Shown one piece after another: positions 28,834 to 38,608 of a DNA stretch of 52,898 nucleotides (positions are counted from its first letter, which is position 1; each line of letters starts with the position of its first letter). The notes under the pieces are model-generated. The model was not told the DNA's origin and did not search any database. It saw nothing but the letters and a program-made list of their open reading frames with translations. Source of the DNA: an uncultured Eubacteriales bacterium (GTDB taxonomy: Bacteria; Bacillota_I; Bacilli_A; RF39; UBA660); NCBI GenBank assembly GCA_900319955.1, contig ONQM01000015.1, positions 1 to 52,898 of the forward strand. Direction: 5' to 3'. The translations under genes were made by a program, and so were the position numbers.

Positions 28834-29230
28834 ATGGATTTCCATCTTTTTCTTTTGAAAGAATAAAATCACCAAACTCAACATACTTAATAATATTATC
28901 AAGTTTTTCTAAATTAATAAAATAATAACCATCCTTATAAAAATCATACTTATCTAGTATATAATAATCCCTAAATTTAAAATAAATCTTATAATTATTT
29001 CTAACAACTATCTTATAATCAAAATCATCATATAAATCATCTATCTTTTTAATATATATTATATTTAAAAACTTATTAGTATAAATAGTAACTTTATAAA
29101 AGCCATTAAATTTCATATCAGTTAAATTAATTATCTTATTAAAATACTTATTAACATCATCCTTATCAAAAGGAATAATACTATTTAAAACTACTAACTT
29201 ATAAACATTATCTTCTTTAATTATTTTCAT
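28826..29230 (-). CDS. hypothetical protein
   Basis: 134-aa Tyr/Lys/Asp-rich ORF upstream of engB. No recognisable motif. Confidence 0.45.
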   Translation of the reverse strand: MKIIKEDNVYKLVVLNSIIPFDKDDVNKYFNKIINLTDMKFNGFYKVTIYTNKFLNIIYIKKIDDLYDDFDYKIVVRNNYKIYFKFRDYYILDKYDFYKDGYYFINLEKLDNIIKYVEFGDFILSKEKDGNPSI

Positions 29231-29261
29231 ACACTCACCTAAAATAGTGTATGAAAAAAGC

Positions 29262-29855
29262 TTAGATAGTTTCTTCTACTAAGCTTTCTATTTTCTTTAA
29301 AGTTTCCGCTCTACCAAGCTTTGTTGTACTAGAAAATACAATTAAATCATCACCAACAACTAAATCAATAGTGTCCATTATACCTCTAATACATTTTTCT
29401 TTCTTAGAGCCTCCAACCTTGTCAGCCTTTGTTGCAATGATAGTCACAGGAATATTAAAATACTTTAAATAATTATACATTAAAACATCATCTTCAGTTG
29501 GTTTTCTTCTAAAATCAACAAGCATAAAAACTCTCTTTAATTGTTTTCTAGTCTTAATATACTCTTCAATCATCATTCCAAACTTTTCCTGTTTCTTTTT
29601 AGAAACCATTGCATAACCATACCCTGGAACATCAACTAAATAAAACTGTTTATTAATTAAATAAAAATTAAGTGTCTGTGTTTTACCAGGTTTAGAAGAT
29701 GTATAAGCTAGATTCTTCCTATTTAATAAACAATTTATAAAACTAGACTTACCCACATTACTTCTTCCAACAAGTAAAAACTCAGGAAGAGCTCCCTCAG
29801 GATACTGACTAATTCTTGTAGCAAGAACCTCTAAATCTGCACTTTTTATTACCAT
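29262..29855 (-). CDS. engB: ribosome biogenesis GTPase YsxC/EngB
   Basis: 197 aa with G1 GRSNVGKSS, G3 DVPGYG and G4 TKADK. Confidence 0.9.
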   Translation of the reverse strand: MVIKSADLEVLATRISQYPEGALPEFLLVGRSNVGKSSFINCLLNRKNLAYTSSKPGKTQTLNFYLINKQFYLVDVPGYGYAMVSKKKQEKFGMMIEEYIKTRKQLKRVFMLVDFRRKPTEDDVLMYNYLKYFNIPVTIIATKADKVGGSKKEKCIRGIMDTIDLVVGDDLIVFSSTTKLGRAETLKKIESLVEETI

Positions 29856-29857
29856 AC

Positions 29858-30814
29858 TTAATCACCCAAATCATTTTCTTTTATATATTCTTCACAAAGC
29901 TCATTTAAATCTTTAACTAAAAGATGTGCTTCTTCAAACGTTGTAACTCTAGCGCCTGATGCAAACTTGTGACCACCGCCATTATACTTTTCAGCAAGCT
30001 TGTTAATAACAGGTCCACGTGATCTAATAGAAATACGTATTATTCCCTGCTTAACATCTTCAGTTATCGTAACCCATACAAGTACTTCATTAATAAAATT
30101 AAAATCATTAACCATATTACCTGCAGCAGCACTATCAACGTCAAAGCGTGTTTGCATATCATCTGTTATATCAATATATGCAACACCACTTTCTGTTACA
30201 GTCATATTAGAAGCAATATAACCTTTTAATCTTACTTCACTAAGTGGTCTAGCATATAAATTATCATAAACTTCTTTTATATTAAATGGATACTTTCTTA
30301 AATAATTTGAAACAAGATTAAAAGTCTCATAACTAGATGATTCAAATAAGAATCTATTAGAATCACTAACAAGACCATAATATAAAGTTTTAGCAATAGA
30401 ACTGTTACATTTAAGTCTTGTCTTTTCTAAGAGTTCCATTATAAGCTCACAAGCAGATGATGCATTTGGTTTAATAAACTCAAGTCCACCAAAGTCATCA
30501 ATAAAAGGATGATGGTCTATTTTAATAACGTAATCAAAATCTTTTGGATCAGCACCATCAATTCTTTTAATATCAGGAGTATCACAAACAATTAATAAAC
30601 TATTTGAATAATCATCTACCTTATCAAGTTTTCCAATATATGAAAACCTTTTGGTACCAGTTCCTATTGCATAAACCTCTTTAGTTGGAAAAGTAAGCCT
30701 AATGCTATCTCTTAATCCAATCTCACTCGCCATAGCATCAGGATCAACTCCTTTATGTCTTGCAATAATTATCTTGTCATACTTCTTAATTATTTTATAT
30801 ATTTCTTTATACAT
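29858..30814 (-). CDS. nrnA: DHH-family phosphoesterase (NrnA-like oligoribonuclease/pAp phosphatase)
   Basis: 318 aa with ..ARHKGVDPDAMAS.., ..IDHHP.. and GGGH near the C-terminus. Confidence 0.85.
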   Translation of the reverse strand: MYKEIYKIIKKYDKIIIARHKGVDPDAMASEIGLRDSIRLTFPTKEVYAIGTGTKRFSYIGKLDKVDDYSNSLLIVCDTPDIKRIDGADPKDFDYVIKIDHHPFIDDFGGLEFIKPNASSACELIMELLEKTRLKCNSSIAKTLYYGLVSDSNRFLFESSSYETFNLVSNYLRKYPFNIKEVYDNLYARPLSEVRLKGYIASNMTVTESGVAYIDITDDMQTRFDVDSAAAGNMVNDFNFINEVLVWVTITEDVKQGIIRISIRSRGPVINKLAEKYNGGGHKFASGARVTTFEEAHLLVKDLNELCEEYIKENDLGD

Positions 30815-32002
30815 CTAAATACCGCTTTCTATAGCCTTCTTAACATCACGTGCAATCATTAACTCTTCATTAGTTGGAATAACATAAACATCTATCTTAG
30901 AGCCTTTAGCACTTATCTTAGCAGTCTCTCCCATAACCTTATTTTTCTCTAAATCAAGTTTAACACCTAAACTACTTAAGTTTTCACATATCTTCATACG
31001 AGTAGGTGCAGAGTTTTCTCCTAAGCCTGCAGTAAATACAATAGCATCAGCACCACCTAAAAGTACATAATATTGTGCTATATAATTTGTAACAGTTCTG
31101 CAATACTTTAAGAAAGCAAGACGTGCATTTTCATTACCAGAATTCATCGCACTAATTACATCACGCATATCATTAGACTCTTCACTCATACCAAGAAGAC
31201 CAGATTTTTTATTTAAATCATCAATAACTTCTTCAGCATTTTTACCTTCTTTTTCCATTATATAAGGAATAATAGAAGGATCAACATCACCAGATCTAGT
31301 ACCCATCATTATACCAGTAAGAGGTGTAAATCCCATACTTGTATCAATAGACTTCCCTGAATCAATTGCACAAATACTTCCACCACTACCTAAGTGACAA
31401 CTAATAATCTTTAAATCATTTCTATTAAGCATATTAGATAAAGTTTCATTTATATATCTATGACTTGTACCATGGAATCCATACTTTCTTACACCATAAT
31501 CTCTATACCAAGAAAGAGGTACTGGATATAAATATGCTTCCTTTTCCATAGTTTGATGGAATGCAGTATCAAATACTCCAACCATTAAAGTATTAGGAAG
31601 TATCTCTTTAAAAGCTTTTATTCCAACAATATTAGGTCCATTATGAAGAGGAGCGAAAGCTTTAAACTCATCTAAGTCTTTAATAACCTCATCAGTTATA
31701 ATAACACTCTTATTATATTTATCCTTTCCATGAACTACACGATGTCCTATACCATCAATTTCATTTAAATTATTAACAATCTTTAAATTAATTAACTTAT
31801 CAAGAAGAACATTAACAGCATCTGCATGATCCTTCATAGGTATCTTTTCTTCTAATTTCATACCATTAAACTTAATAATTGTATTAGAGTTTTCCATTCC
31901 AATACGTTCAAATAATCCACTTGCAATTACACTTTCATCATCCATATTAAATAAACTAAACTTAAGTGAACTACTACCAGTGTTTATTGACATAATTTTC
32001 AT
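30815..32002 (-). CDS. ackA: acetate kinase
   Basis: 395 aa with ..INTGSSSLKF.., ..GHRVVHG.. and ..GFHGTSH.. Confidence 0.95.
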   Translation of the reverse strand: MKIMSINTGSSSLKFSLFNMDDESVIASGLFERIGMENSNTIIKFNGMKLEEKIPMKDHADAVNVLLDKLINLKIVNNLNEIDGIGHRVVHGKDKYNKSVIITDEVIKDLDEFKAFAPLHNGPNIVGIKAFKEILPNTLMVGVFDTAFHQTMEKEAYLYPVPLSWYRDYGVRKYGFHGTSHRYINETLSNMLNRNDLKIISCHLGSGGSICAIDSGKSIDTSMGFTPLTGIMMGTRSGDVDPSIIPYIMEKEGKNAEEVIDDLNKKSGLLGMSEESNDMRDVISAMNSGNENARLAFLKYCRTVTNYIAQYYVLLGGADAIVFTAGLGENSAPTRMKICENLSSLGVKLDLEKNKVMGETAKISAKGSKIDVYVIPTNEELMIARDVKKAIESGI

Positions 32003-32066
32003 ATACTTATCACCTCAACCTTTTTTATTATACTATATAAAAAGAAAAAAAGCACCCCAAAGATGC

Positions 32067-32333
32067 TTAATAACCCTTACTTTTTAAAAAATACACAAGT
32101 TTTTCTTCAGTAAGTATTAAATCATTATAAATTTTAACAAGATTTTCATCTTCAGTATCTAAATTACTAGGATTATATTCAGTTAATATATTACTTACAG
32201 GACTCTTTTTAAAGCTAGATACCATATCAAGAACATTAGAAATTCTTTGAAACTCTAAAAAAATTTCTTTCTTCTTATCTTCAATACCTAAGTCATAATA
32301 CTTTGTTATTAATTCATTATATTCTTTATTCAT
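32067..32333 (-). CDS. hypothetical protein
   Basis: 88-aa ORF with no recognisable motif. Confidence 0.45.
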   Translation of the reverse strand: MNKEYNELITKYYDLGIEDKKKEIFLEFQRISNVLDMVSSFKKSPVSNILTEYNPSNLDTEDENLVKIYNDLILTEEKLVYFLKSKGY

Positions 32334-32341
32334 ATTAGCAC

Positions 32342-33040
32342 CTACTCATAATCCTTTAATTTTGATATAGTATCTGTTAAATGTTTCATATAAGCTTCTT
32401 TAACAGTTTCAAAGTCATCACTACTTTCTATAGAGTCTTCTCCAAGAATTTCTTTTAAAAACTTATTCTTAGAAGAATTAGAAGAAGAACTTACACTACT
32501 ACTTAATAATACTTTCTTTTCTTCCTTCTTTTCTATACCAAGTTCTCTTTCTTTTTCTGCAACTTTCTCATTATAAGTTATTTCATAAATCTTTTGAGTA
32601 CAATAATTTCTAATCGCTTGATTAACACCATAAGCTATACCATGATCACTTACTTCTTTACCTAAATTATTACCAATAATAATATATTTATCATCATCAT
32701 AAACTCTTCCCGTTGGATTCATTTCACGAGCAAGCTCTCTTCCTTTTCTAACTAAAACTTCACTTATCTCAACTGGACTTATAAGCTGCTCAGTAATTTC
32801 CTTATTTAAATTATCAGTAATATCATTAAGCTCACCAACAGTCATCTTATCAAGTTCTTCTTTAGAATCAGCATTCTTAATTCTATTAAAGTAGTCTTTA
32901 GCAGCTTTAGTATTAATTCCTCTCCTATCAAGAATTTCAGTAATAACATCAAAACCAGCTCTCTCTAAAGCATCCTCTTTTATTTTAGTCATTTTAATTT
33001 CATCTTTGTAACTATTAATTACAAGTTCATCGCCCATCAT
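32342..33040 (-). CDS. hypothetical protein
   Basis: 232-aa ORF with a Ser-rich linker. No recognisable motif. Confidence 0.5.
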   Translation of the reverse strand: MMGDELVINSYKDEIKMTKIKEDALERAGFDVITEILDRRGINTKAAKDYFNRIKNADSKEELDKMTVGELNDITDNLNKEITEQLISPVEISEVLVRKGRELAREMNPTGRVYDDDKYIIIGNNLGKEVSDHGIAYGVNQAIRNYCTQKIYEITYNEKVAEKERELGIEKKEEKKVLLSSSVSSSSNSSKNKFLKEILGEDSIESSDDFETVKEAYMKHLTDTISKLKDYE

Positions 33041-33132
33041 ATTAATGCACCCCTTTATTATATAAAATATAATAACACAAAACTATTTTTAATTAAAGTA
33101 AATTAAAAGTTTTGCAGTTGTAAAATTTAAAA

Positions 33133-33165
33133 TACTATTTTAACCTTTATTTTTCAATGCTTTAC
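33133..33165 (-). repeat. copy 3 (inverted orientation) of a 32-nt intergenic motif
   Basis: The reverse complement reads GTAAAGCATTGAAAAATAAAGGTTAAAATAGTA. Compare with the copies at 42922 and 48535. Confidence 0.6.
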
Positions 33166-33190
33166 AAAAATTAACTACAAAAACGCGTGT

Positions 33191-34372
33191 CTAAAGCAAA
33201 TCAGAGAATTCTTCATTATCTCTTTTAATACTTATTGTATAGTCATGACTTACTGCATCATCTATCATCTTTTTATAATCAAACTTATTTTCATACTCTA
33301 TTGCCCTATCCATTTCAGGATTAATTACAGGATGTTTTGGAACAAAAACAGTACAGCAATCCTCATATGGCAATATACTAATATCATAAGTATCAATCTT
33401 CTTGCTAATATCAATAATTTCAAGCTTATCAAGACAAGCTACAGGCCTTATAACAGGAAGATTTGTAACACTATTAATTACTTTCATACTGTTAAGAGTT
33501 TGACTTGCAACCTGTCCTACACTTTCTCCATTAATAATTGCAGCACCTTTATTTCTCTTAATAAGTTCTTCCATAATTCTATACATCATTCTTCTCATTA
33601 TAGTAATAACATAAGAGTTATCTGCAGTCTTATATATTTCTTCTTGAATCTTAGTAAAATCAATTATATGAAGATTAATAGTACCCTGATACTTAGAAAG
33701 TTTTCTAGTTAAATCAATAACCTTTTGCCTAGCATTTAAACTAGTATGAGGAAGAGCCTCAAAATAAACGCAATCTATCTTAATACCTCTTTTCATAGCA
33801 AGATAGGCAGCAACTGGAGAATCTATTCCACCACTTAACATAACAAAACTTCTAGGTTGTACTCCAACAGGATAACCACCAAGTCCCTTATAACTATTAA
33901 AATAAATGTAACTTTTACCCTCTCTTATTTCAACATTAACTAAAAAATCAGGATTATGTACATTAACCTTTTTACCACTTATATTTTTTAAAATATAAGA
34001 TCCAAGCATCCTAGAAAAGTCTGGTGACTTTATAGGAAACTCTTTCCAAGCTCTTTTAGTTTCAACTTTAAAACTTTTAAACTCTTTATCCTTTAAAAGT
34101 TCTAAAACTTTATTAAAAATATCTTCTTTAGTGCTTAAACATACATCACAAATATCATATTCTTGAATACCAAAAGTATGGTTGATGGCATCCTCTACTT
34201 TTTCTAGTTCATCATCACTGCACTCTATATACATATGTCCTCTATCATGAACTATTTTAGCAGAAGTACTGCTTAAACCTCTTTCCAAATTTTTCTTTAA
34301 AGTACTGATAAAAAATCCCCTATTAGCTTTCTTAGTACTTAACTCTCCATATCTTAATAAAATTACTTTCAT
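33191..34372 (-). CDS. thiI: tRNA 4-thiouridine synthase ThiI
   Basis: 393 aa with a THUMP region and the PP-loop SGGIDSPVA. Confidence 0.92.
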   Translation of the reverse strand: MKVILLRYGELSTKKANRGFFISTLKKNLERGLSSTSAKIVHDRGHMYIECSDDELEKVEDAINHTFGIQEYDICDVCLSTKEDIFNKVLELLKDKEFKSFKVETKRAWKEFPIKSPDFSRMLGSYILKNISGKKVNVHNPDFLVNVEIREGKSYIYFNSYKGLGGYPVGVQPRSFVMLSGGIDSPVAAYLAMKRGIKIDCVYFEALPHTSLNARQKVIDLTRKLSKYQGTINLHIIDFTKIQEEIYKTADNSYVITIMRRMMYRIMEELIKRNKGAAIINGESVGQVASQTLNSMKVINSVTNLPVIRPVACLDKLEIIDISKKIDTYDISILPYEDCCTVFVPKHPVINPEMDRAIEYENKFDYKKMIDDAVSHDYTISIKRDNEEFSDLL

Positions 34373-34538
34373 AATATCACTCCAAACAACTTATATATTA
34401 TATAAGAAAAAACAACATGTCCTGAGGTGTCAATCAAACTAAACAAATAATCTTCTCCATTATTCTATCTGCAAGAGTTGACTTAGCATAATCTATATGT
34501 GCAATTATTGAAAAATTTCTTATGTTTTTTTTATCCAT
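34369..34538 (-). pseudogene. lepA: remnant of elongation factor 4 (lepA)
   Basis: My translation after an AGGAGG Shine-Dalgarno reads [34 protein letters not shown], then TGA, then [22 protein letters not shown], then TGA. It contains G1-like (AHIDHGKST has become YAKST) and G3-like (LIDTPGHVDF has become TSGHVVF) segments, with about 45 aa missing between them. The total is 57 codons. Confidence 0.7.
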
Positions 34539-34548
34539 GATGCACCTC

Positions 34549-35829
34549 CTAAGGTTTTAATGCTGTTATTGGTAAAATGTAAATACCTGTTACTGGATCT
34601 TTTGCAACATATGTAGAATTTGAGGTTATAATACACATAAACTTAGGCTTTTTTGTCATCTTATCTTTAAATTTAAGTAAAGTAGTTTTAGCTTCTTCTA
34701 TTTTATTGTTTCCAAGTTTTATCTCAACAGCAGCATATTCTCCATCAGGAAATTCCAAGATTGAATCAACTTCAAGTCCACTTACATTGTCTCTAAAGTG
34801 AAATAAATGCCCTCCTAAATATTCAATATAAATTTTTAAATCTCTTTCTACTAATGACTCAAATAAAAATCCAAAAGTATTTAAATCATTTAAAAGTTTT
34901 TCTGGAGTCAAATCAAGAATTGCTGCTGGTAAAGAAGGATCAACATAATGCCTTTTTGATGACTTTCCAACTCTTTTTGATGAACGAAAATTATCACTAT
35001 ATGCTTCTTGATTTTCTAATATATTAAGTCTTGAAAGTATATCAATATAATCTGAAATAGTATTTCTACTTTCGATTAAATCTTCTTTATTGGAATTTGA
35101 ATAATTAAAAATATCATTCATAATAGTTTGATTACTAACAATAGTTGATTCATTTCTAGCTAAGCTTCCAAGAAGTAATGTCATCTTGTTTTTATCTCTA
35201 GTTTTATCTTCATTTATATCATTTGAAAGAATTGTTTCAATATATCCTTTCGGAACAAGATTTGCAACATCTTTTGGTACATTTAAATTGCTAGGCCATC
35301 CTCCTCTAATTATTAAATAAGCAATTTCTAAAAGTGATGGTACTTTTACATTTTGATCTTTTTGATTATCATTATACATGTCTGTAATTGATGCTTGTCC
35401 TGTTGAATCCTTAGATTCATAAAGAGACATTGGATACATTTTTAATTTACCAATCCTACCTGCACCAGAATGAAAAATTTCTTTTCTTTCTTCACTATTT
35501 AATTTTGTAGAACATGTAAGTATATAATTTCCTTTTTTCTGTGTTTCATCACATTTTCTACGAACTCTATCCCAAATTTGGGGAAGCTTAATCCATTCAT
35601 CTATAAGTTCAGGCTTACTTTCATTTAAAATTAAATTGGTATTTAAAGATGCACGTTCAAAAGTTTCATCATCATCTAAAAATACACTACTATTTGATGC
35701 ATTTGTTGCAGTCCAAGTTTTTCCACACCATTTAGCTCCTTCAACTGAAACAGCTCCAAATGCTTGCAAATATTTTTTTAATATTTCATCTGCAAGCCTT
35801 GGCAAATATTTTTTCTCATCAAAATTCAT
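34549..35829 (-). CDS. AAA-superfamily ATPase with DUF4143-like C-terminal domain (COG1373-like)
   Basis: 426 aa with a degenerate P-loop (GAKWCGKTW) and a C-terminal restriction-endonuclease-like region (..[14 protein letters not shown]..). Confidence 0.7.
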   Translation of the reverse strand: MNFDEKKYLPRLADEILKKYLQAFGAVSVEGAKWCGKTWTATNASNSSVFLDDDETFERASLNTNLILNESKPELIDEWIKLPQIWDRVRRKCDETQKKGNYILTCSTKLNSEERKEIFHSGAGRIGKLKMYPMSLYESKDSTGQASITDMYNDNQKDQNVKVPSLLEIAYLIIRGGWPSNLNVPKDVANLVPKGYIETILSNDINEDKTRDKNKMTLLLGSLARNESTIVSNQTIMNDIFNYSNSNKEDLIESRNTISDYIDILSRLNILENQEAYSDNFRSSKRVGKSSKRHYVDPSLPAAILDLTPEKLLNDLNTFGFLFESLVERDLKIYIEYLGGHLFHFRDNVSGLEVDSILEFPDGEYAAVEIKLGNNKIEEAKTTLLKFKDKMTKKPKFMCIITSNSTYVAKDPVTGIYILPITALKP

Positions 35830-35877
35830 TTTGACTCACCTCTCACCATATATAATTCATTATAACATAGCAATCAT

Positions 35878-35969
35878 CATTGTGCAACTTTTAAGCTTTT
35901 TGTTGTGCAATTTTTAGCCTTTTCATTGTGCAATATTTAAACTTTTTGTTGTGCAATTTTTAAAATAAT
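35878..35969. repeat. 4 x 23-bp tandem direct repeat
   Basis: The four units are cattgtgcaacttttaagctttt, tgttgtgcaatttttagcctttt, cattgtgcaatatttaaactttt and tgttgtgcaatttttaaaataat, with core TTGTGCAA. They lie between the stop of ATPase 36002-37279 and the start of ATPase 34549-35829. Confidence 0.85.
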
Positions 35970-36001
35970 TTTATATATAAAAAGTTAATCTAAAGCAATG
36001 A

Positions 36002-37279
36002 TTAACTTAAAATTTCATCTAAACAAAATATTGCATATACTGGAAGATATCTAACTTCCTTCTTACTAGAAAAATTATTCTCAGTTATTCTATATGCTTC
36101 TAAACATAAAAACTTCTTCATAAATACAGATAAACTTTTAGCCTTACTATTTTTAATAGTTGCAAGCTCAATTGGTATAATCTTACCCATTCTGTTCTGT
36201 ACGACAAATGAAAGTTCTGCTTTACCTTCAGACTGATAATAATACATAGGGCAAGATAGTTCTGCTAAGGTCTTTGCAATAAAATTCTCATATAAAGTTT
36301 CTCTTATCTTATCACTTGTCATAATATCTTTTCTAGTTAAATGCATCATATATCCTAAAAGACCAACATCATTTAAATAAAGTTTAAAACTATCTTTCTC
36401 TCTGCAACTAGAAAGAGGACTCTTCGCTTCCATTATCTTATAACTTCTATAAACCATCTGATTAGTAACTAAAAACTCAATAGAATCTTCAAACTCTTTC
36501 GCTCTTCTGCCTTCACCTAAAACTCCATATTGAAACTTCTTATTAGTCTTTTTAAGCTGTAAAGGTATACTATCAAATACTTTTTCACATCTTTCAACAT
36601 CTATTAAATTCTTAGCATTTAAAAACTCTCTCTTATAAGTATCAATAATCTTACCCTTAATAGAATCTAAGAAATAATCACTCTTACCCTTTATATAAGC
36701 ATCAACAACTTCTGGCATACCACCTACTATTAAATATTCTGTGAAAAGTTCTAATGCTACTTGATGAAAAGGGCAAGTTCTCTTTTTCTTAAAACTTTCA
36801 CGTATTAATCCTGCTAAATTCTTCTCTTCCTTAGCCCATAAAAACTCTTCAAAATCCATAGAAGACATACTCTTAAATTGTAACTCTTCTCCTTTAAACT
36901 CTTTTAACTTTTCTCTTCTAGATGTAAGCATAATTATATTGTAAGAAGCATACTTTTCACTAAATAATTTAATAGCTTTAACAATTTCATTATTATTAAC
37001 ATTATCTAAAATTATTAAAGTATCATTTTCCATTATAGTTTCTCCAGACATAATACCAAGATTCATAATAATCCTTTCAGGTACTTTATCTTTCTTAAAT
37101 AAATCTATAATCTCTTTATTATTATCTGTATTAAAATAAACGGTATTCTTATAATACTTTTTACCAAAGTCTAAAACAGAATATGTCTTTCCAACTTGTT
37201 TTGGTCCATAAATTAAAAGTGGTTTCTTAATCCTATCATTCTTCCACTTAACTAAGAATTCAGTAATTTTTCGTTCCAT
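36002..37279 (-). CDS. AAA-superfamily ATPase with DUF4143-like domain
   Basis: 425 aa with Walker A GPKQVGKT and Walker B LIILDNV. Confidence 0.75.
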   Translation of the reverse strand: MERKITEFLVKWKNDRIKKPLLIYGPKQVGKTYSVLDFGKKYYKNTVYFNTDNNKEIIDLFKKDKVPERIIMNLGIMSGETIMENDTLIILDNVNNNEIVKAIKLFSEKYASYNIIMLTSRREKLKEFKGEELQFKSMSSMDFEEFLWAKEEKNLAGLIRESFKKKRTCPFHQVALELFTEYLIVGGMPEVVDAYIKGKSDYFLDSIKGKIIDTYKREFLNAKNLIDVERCEKVFDSIPLQLKKTNKKFQYGVLGEGRRAKEFEDSIEFLVTNQMVYRSYKIMEAKSPLSSCREKDSFKLYLNDVGLLGYMMHLTRKDIMTSDKIRETLYENFIAKTLAELSCPMYYYQSEGKAELSFVVQNRMGKIIPIELATIKNSKAKSLSVFMKKFLCLEAYRITENNFSSKKEVRYLPVYAIFCLDEILS

Positions 37280-37342
37280 TTATTGTAGCCTCCTTACATC
37301 TTTCTTACTTAATTATATATTTTTATAACCCTTAAGTCAATC

Positions 37343-37369
37343 AAAAAGAGTAGAAAATTTATTCTACTC
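37343..37369 (-). terminator. rho-independent terminator
   Basis: GAGTAGAA, a 6-nt loop, then TTCTACTC, followed by a T5 tail on the minus strand. It lies 7 nt after the stop of ORF 37376-38584. Confidence 0.7.
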
Positions 37370-37375
37370 AATTAA

Positions 37376-38554
37376 TTAAATATTATCCAAATTATCCATT
37401 AAAAGAAAATCTTTAAGTTTAATATGCTTAACATTTGCAGTTGAATAATCAAAATCATCATTCGTTATTATTATTTTCTTGCTATCATTGTCCAAATTAT
37501 TAAATACTCTAAATTCTCTTTCATAATTTTTTTCCTCAACTATAGTGTAAGCAACCTGTATATAATATTTCTTATTATTTTTAATCGCAAGAAAATCAAT
37601 TCCTTTATCATCATTGTTAAAGACTTTTACTTCATAGTCCATATATAATAATTCATTATAAACGATATTTTCAAGATTATGAGTTAAATCAAATCTACCT
37701 GATAACTGTCTTATAGAATTTAACGATACATCAGCATCATATAATTTGAAATAATACTTTAAATCTTCTTTAGTTTTAGTATTAAATGGAGCTATCTTAT
37801 CTATTATAAAAGCCTCTTCCAAATGATCCAAATAACTTATAATTGTATTAATAGAGCCACTTATCTTTTCACCCTTTAAATATGTTTCAATACTTCTAGT
37901 AGAAAAAACTCTACCATTAGACTTTAACACATAATCAACTATTCTTTTAAATAAATTTTCATTCTTAATATTATACCTATTAATTAAATCATTATATATA
38001 ATAGTATTATTTAAATCACTTAAATACCTATTCCTAGCATCATCAGTATTAAACTCAAATCTTTTAGGAAAACCGCCCCAAATAAGATAATCCATAATAC
38101 TTGCCTCAATTCCAAGCTCTTTACTATATTCTAATATTTCTTTATAAACAAATGGTCTTACTCTAAAAGAAACATATCTTCCAGAAAATTCTCTAGATAA
38201 AATCTTAGAATTAGATCCAGAAATAAAAACTGAATTATTATGAAGTCTTAAAGTTTTACATGCCTTTTGCCAATTATCAATTTCTTGAATTTCATCAAAA
38301 AACAAATAAGCTTTACCACTTTTTTTATGTTCATCGACATATTTTAATAAACCATCACAATTACAAATACTAGAAGATAATATTTCATCTTCAAAATTAA
38401 GGTAAATAATATTATCACTTTTTTTAGCTATTTCATCTCTTATTTCTTCAAGAATAACAGACTTACCACATCTACGTATACCAGTAATAATCTTTATCAA
38501 ATCAGAATCATAAAATTCTCTTATTTTTTCAATATAATGTTCTCTAATTATCAT
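37376..38554 (-). CDS. AAA-superfamily ATPase (AAA_14 / DUF4143-like)
   Basis: About 392 aa with Walker A GIRRCGKS and Walker B LFFDEIQ. The start is taken at the ATG at 38554 after GGTGAT. Confidence 0.75.
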   Translation of the reverse strand: MIIREHYIEKIREFYDSDLIKIITGIRRCGKSVILEEIRDEIAKKSDNIIYLNFEDEILSSSICNCDGLLKYVDEHKKSGKAYLFFDEIQEIDNWQKACKTLRLHNNSVFISGSNSKILSREFSGRYVSFRVRPFVYKEILEYSKELGIEASIMDYLIWGGFPKRFEFNTDDARNRYLSDLNNTIIYNDLINRYNIKNENLFKRIVDYVLKSNGRVFSTRSIETYLKGEKISGSINTIISYLDHLEEAFIIDKIAPFNTKTKEDLKYYFKLYDADVSLNSIRQLSGRFDLTHNLENIVYNELLYMDYEVKVFNNDDKGIDFLAIKNNKKYYIQVAYTIVEEKNYEREFRVFNNLDNDSKKIIITNDDFDYSTANVKHIKLKDFLLMDNLDNI

Positions 38555-38608
38555 TTTAATCACCATTATAATTATACTGAACAATTTTTAGATTAAATGT
38601 AAAATTGT

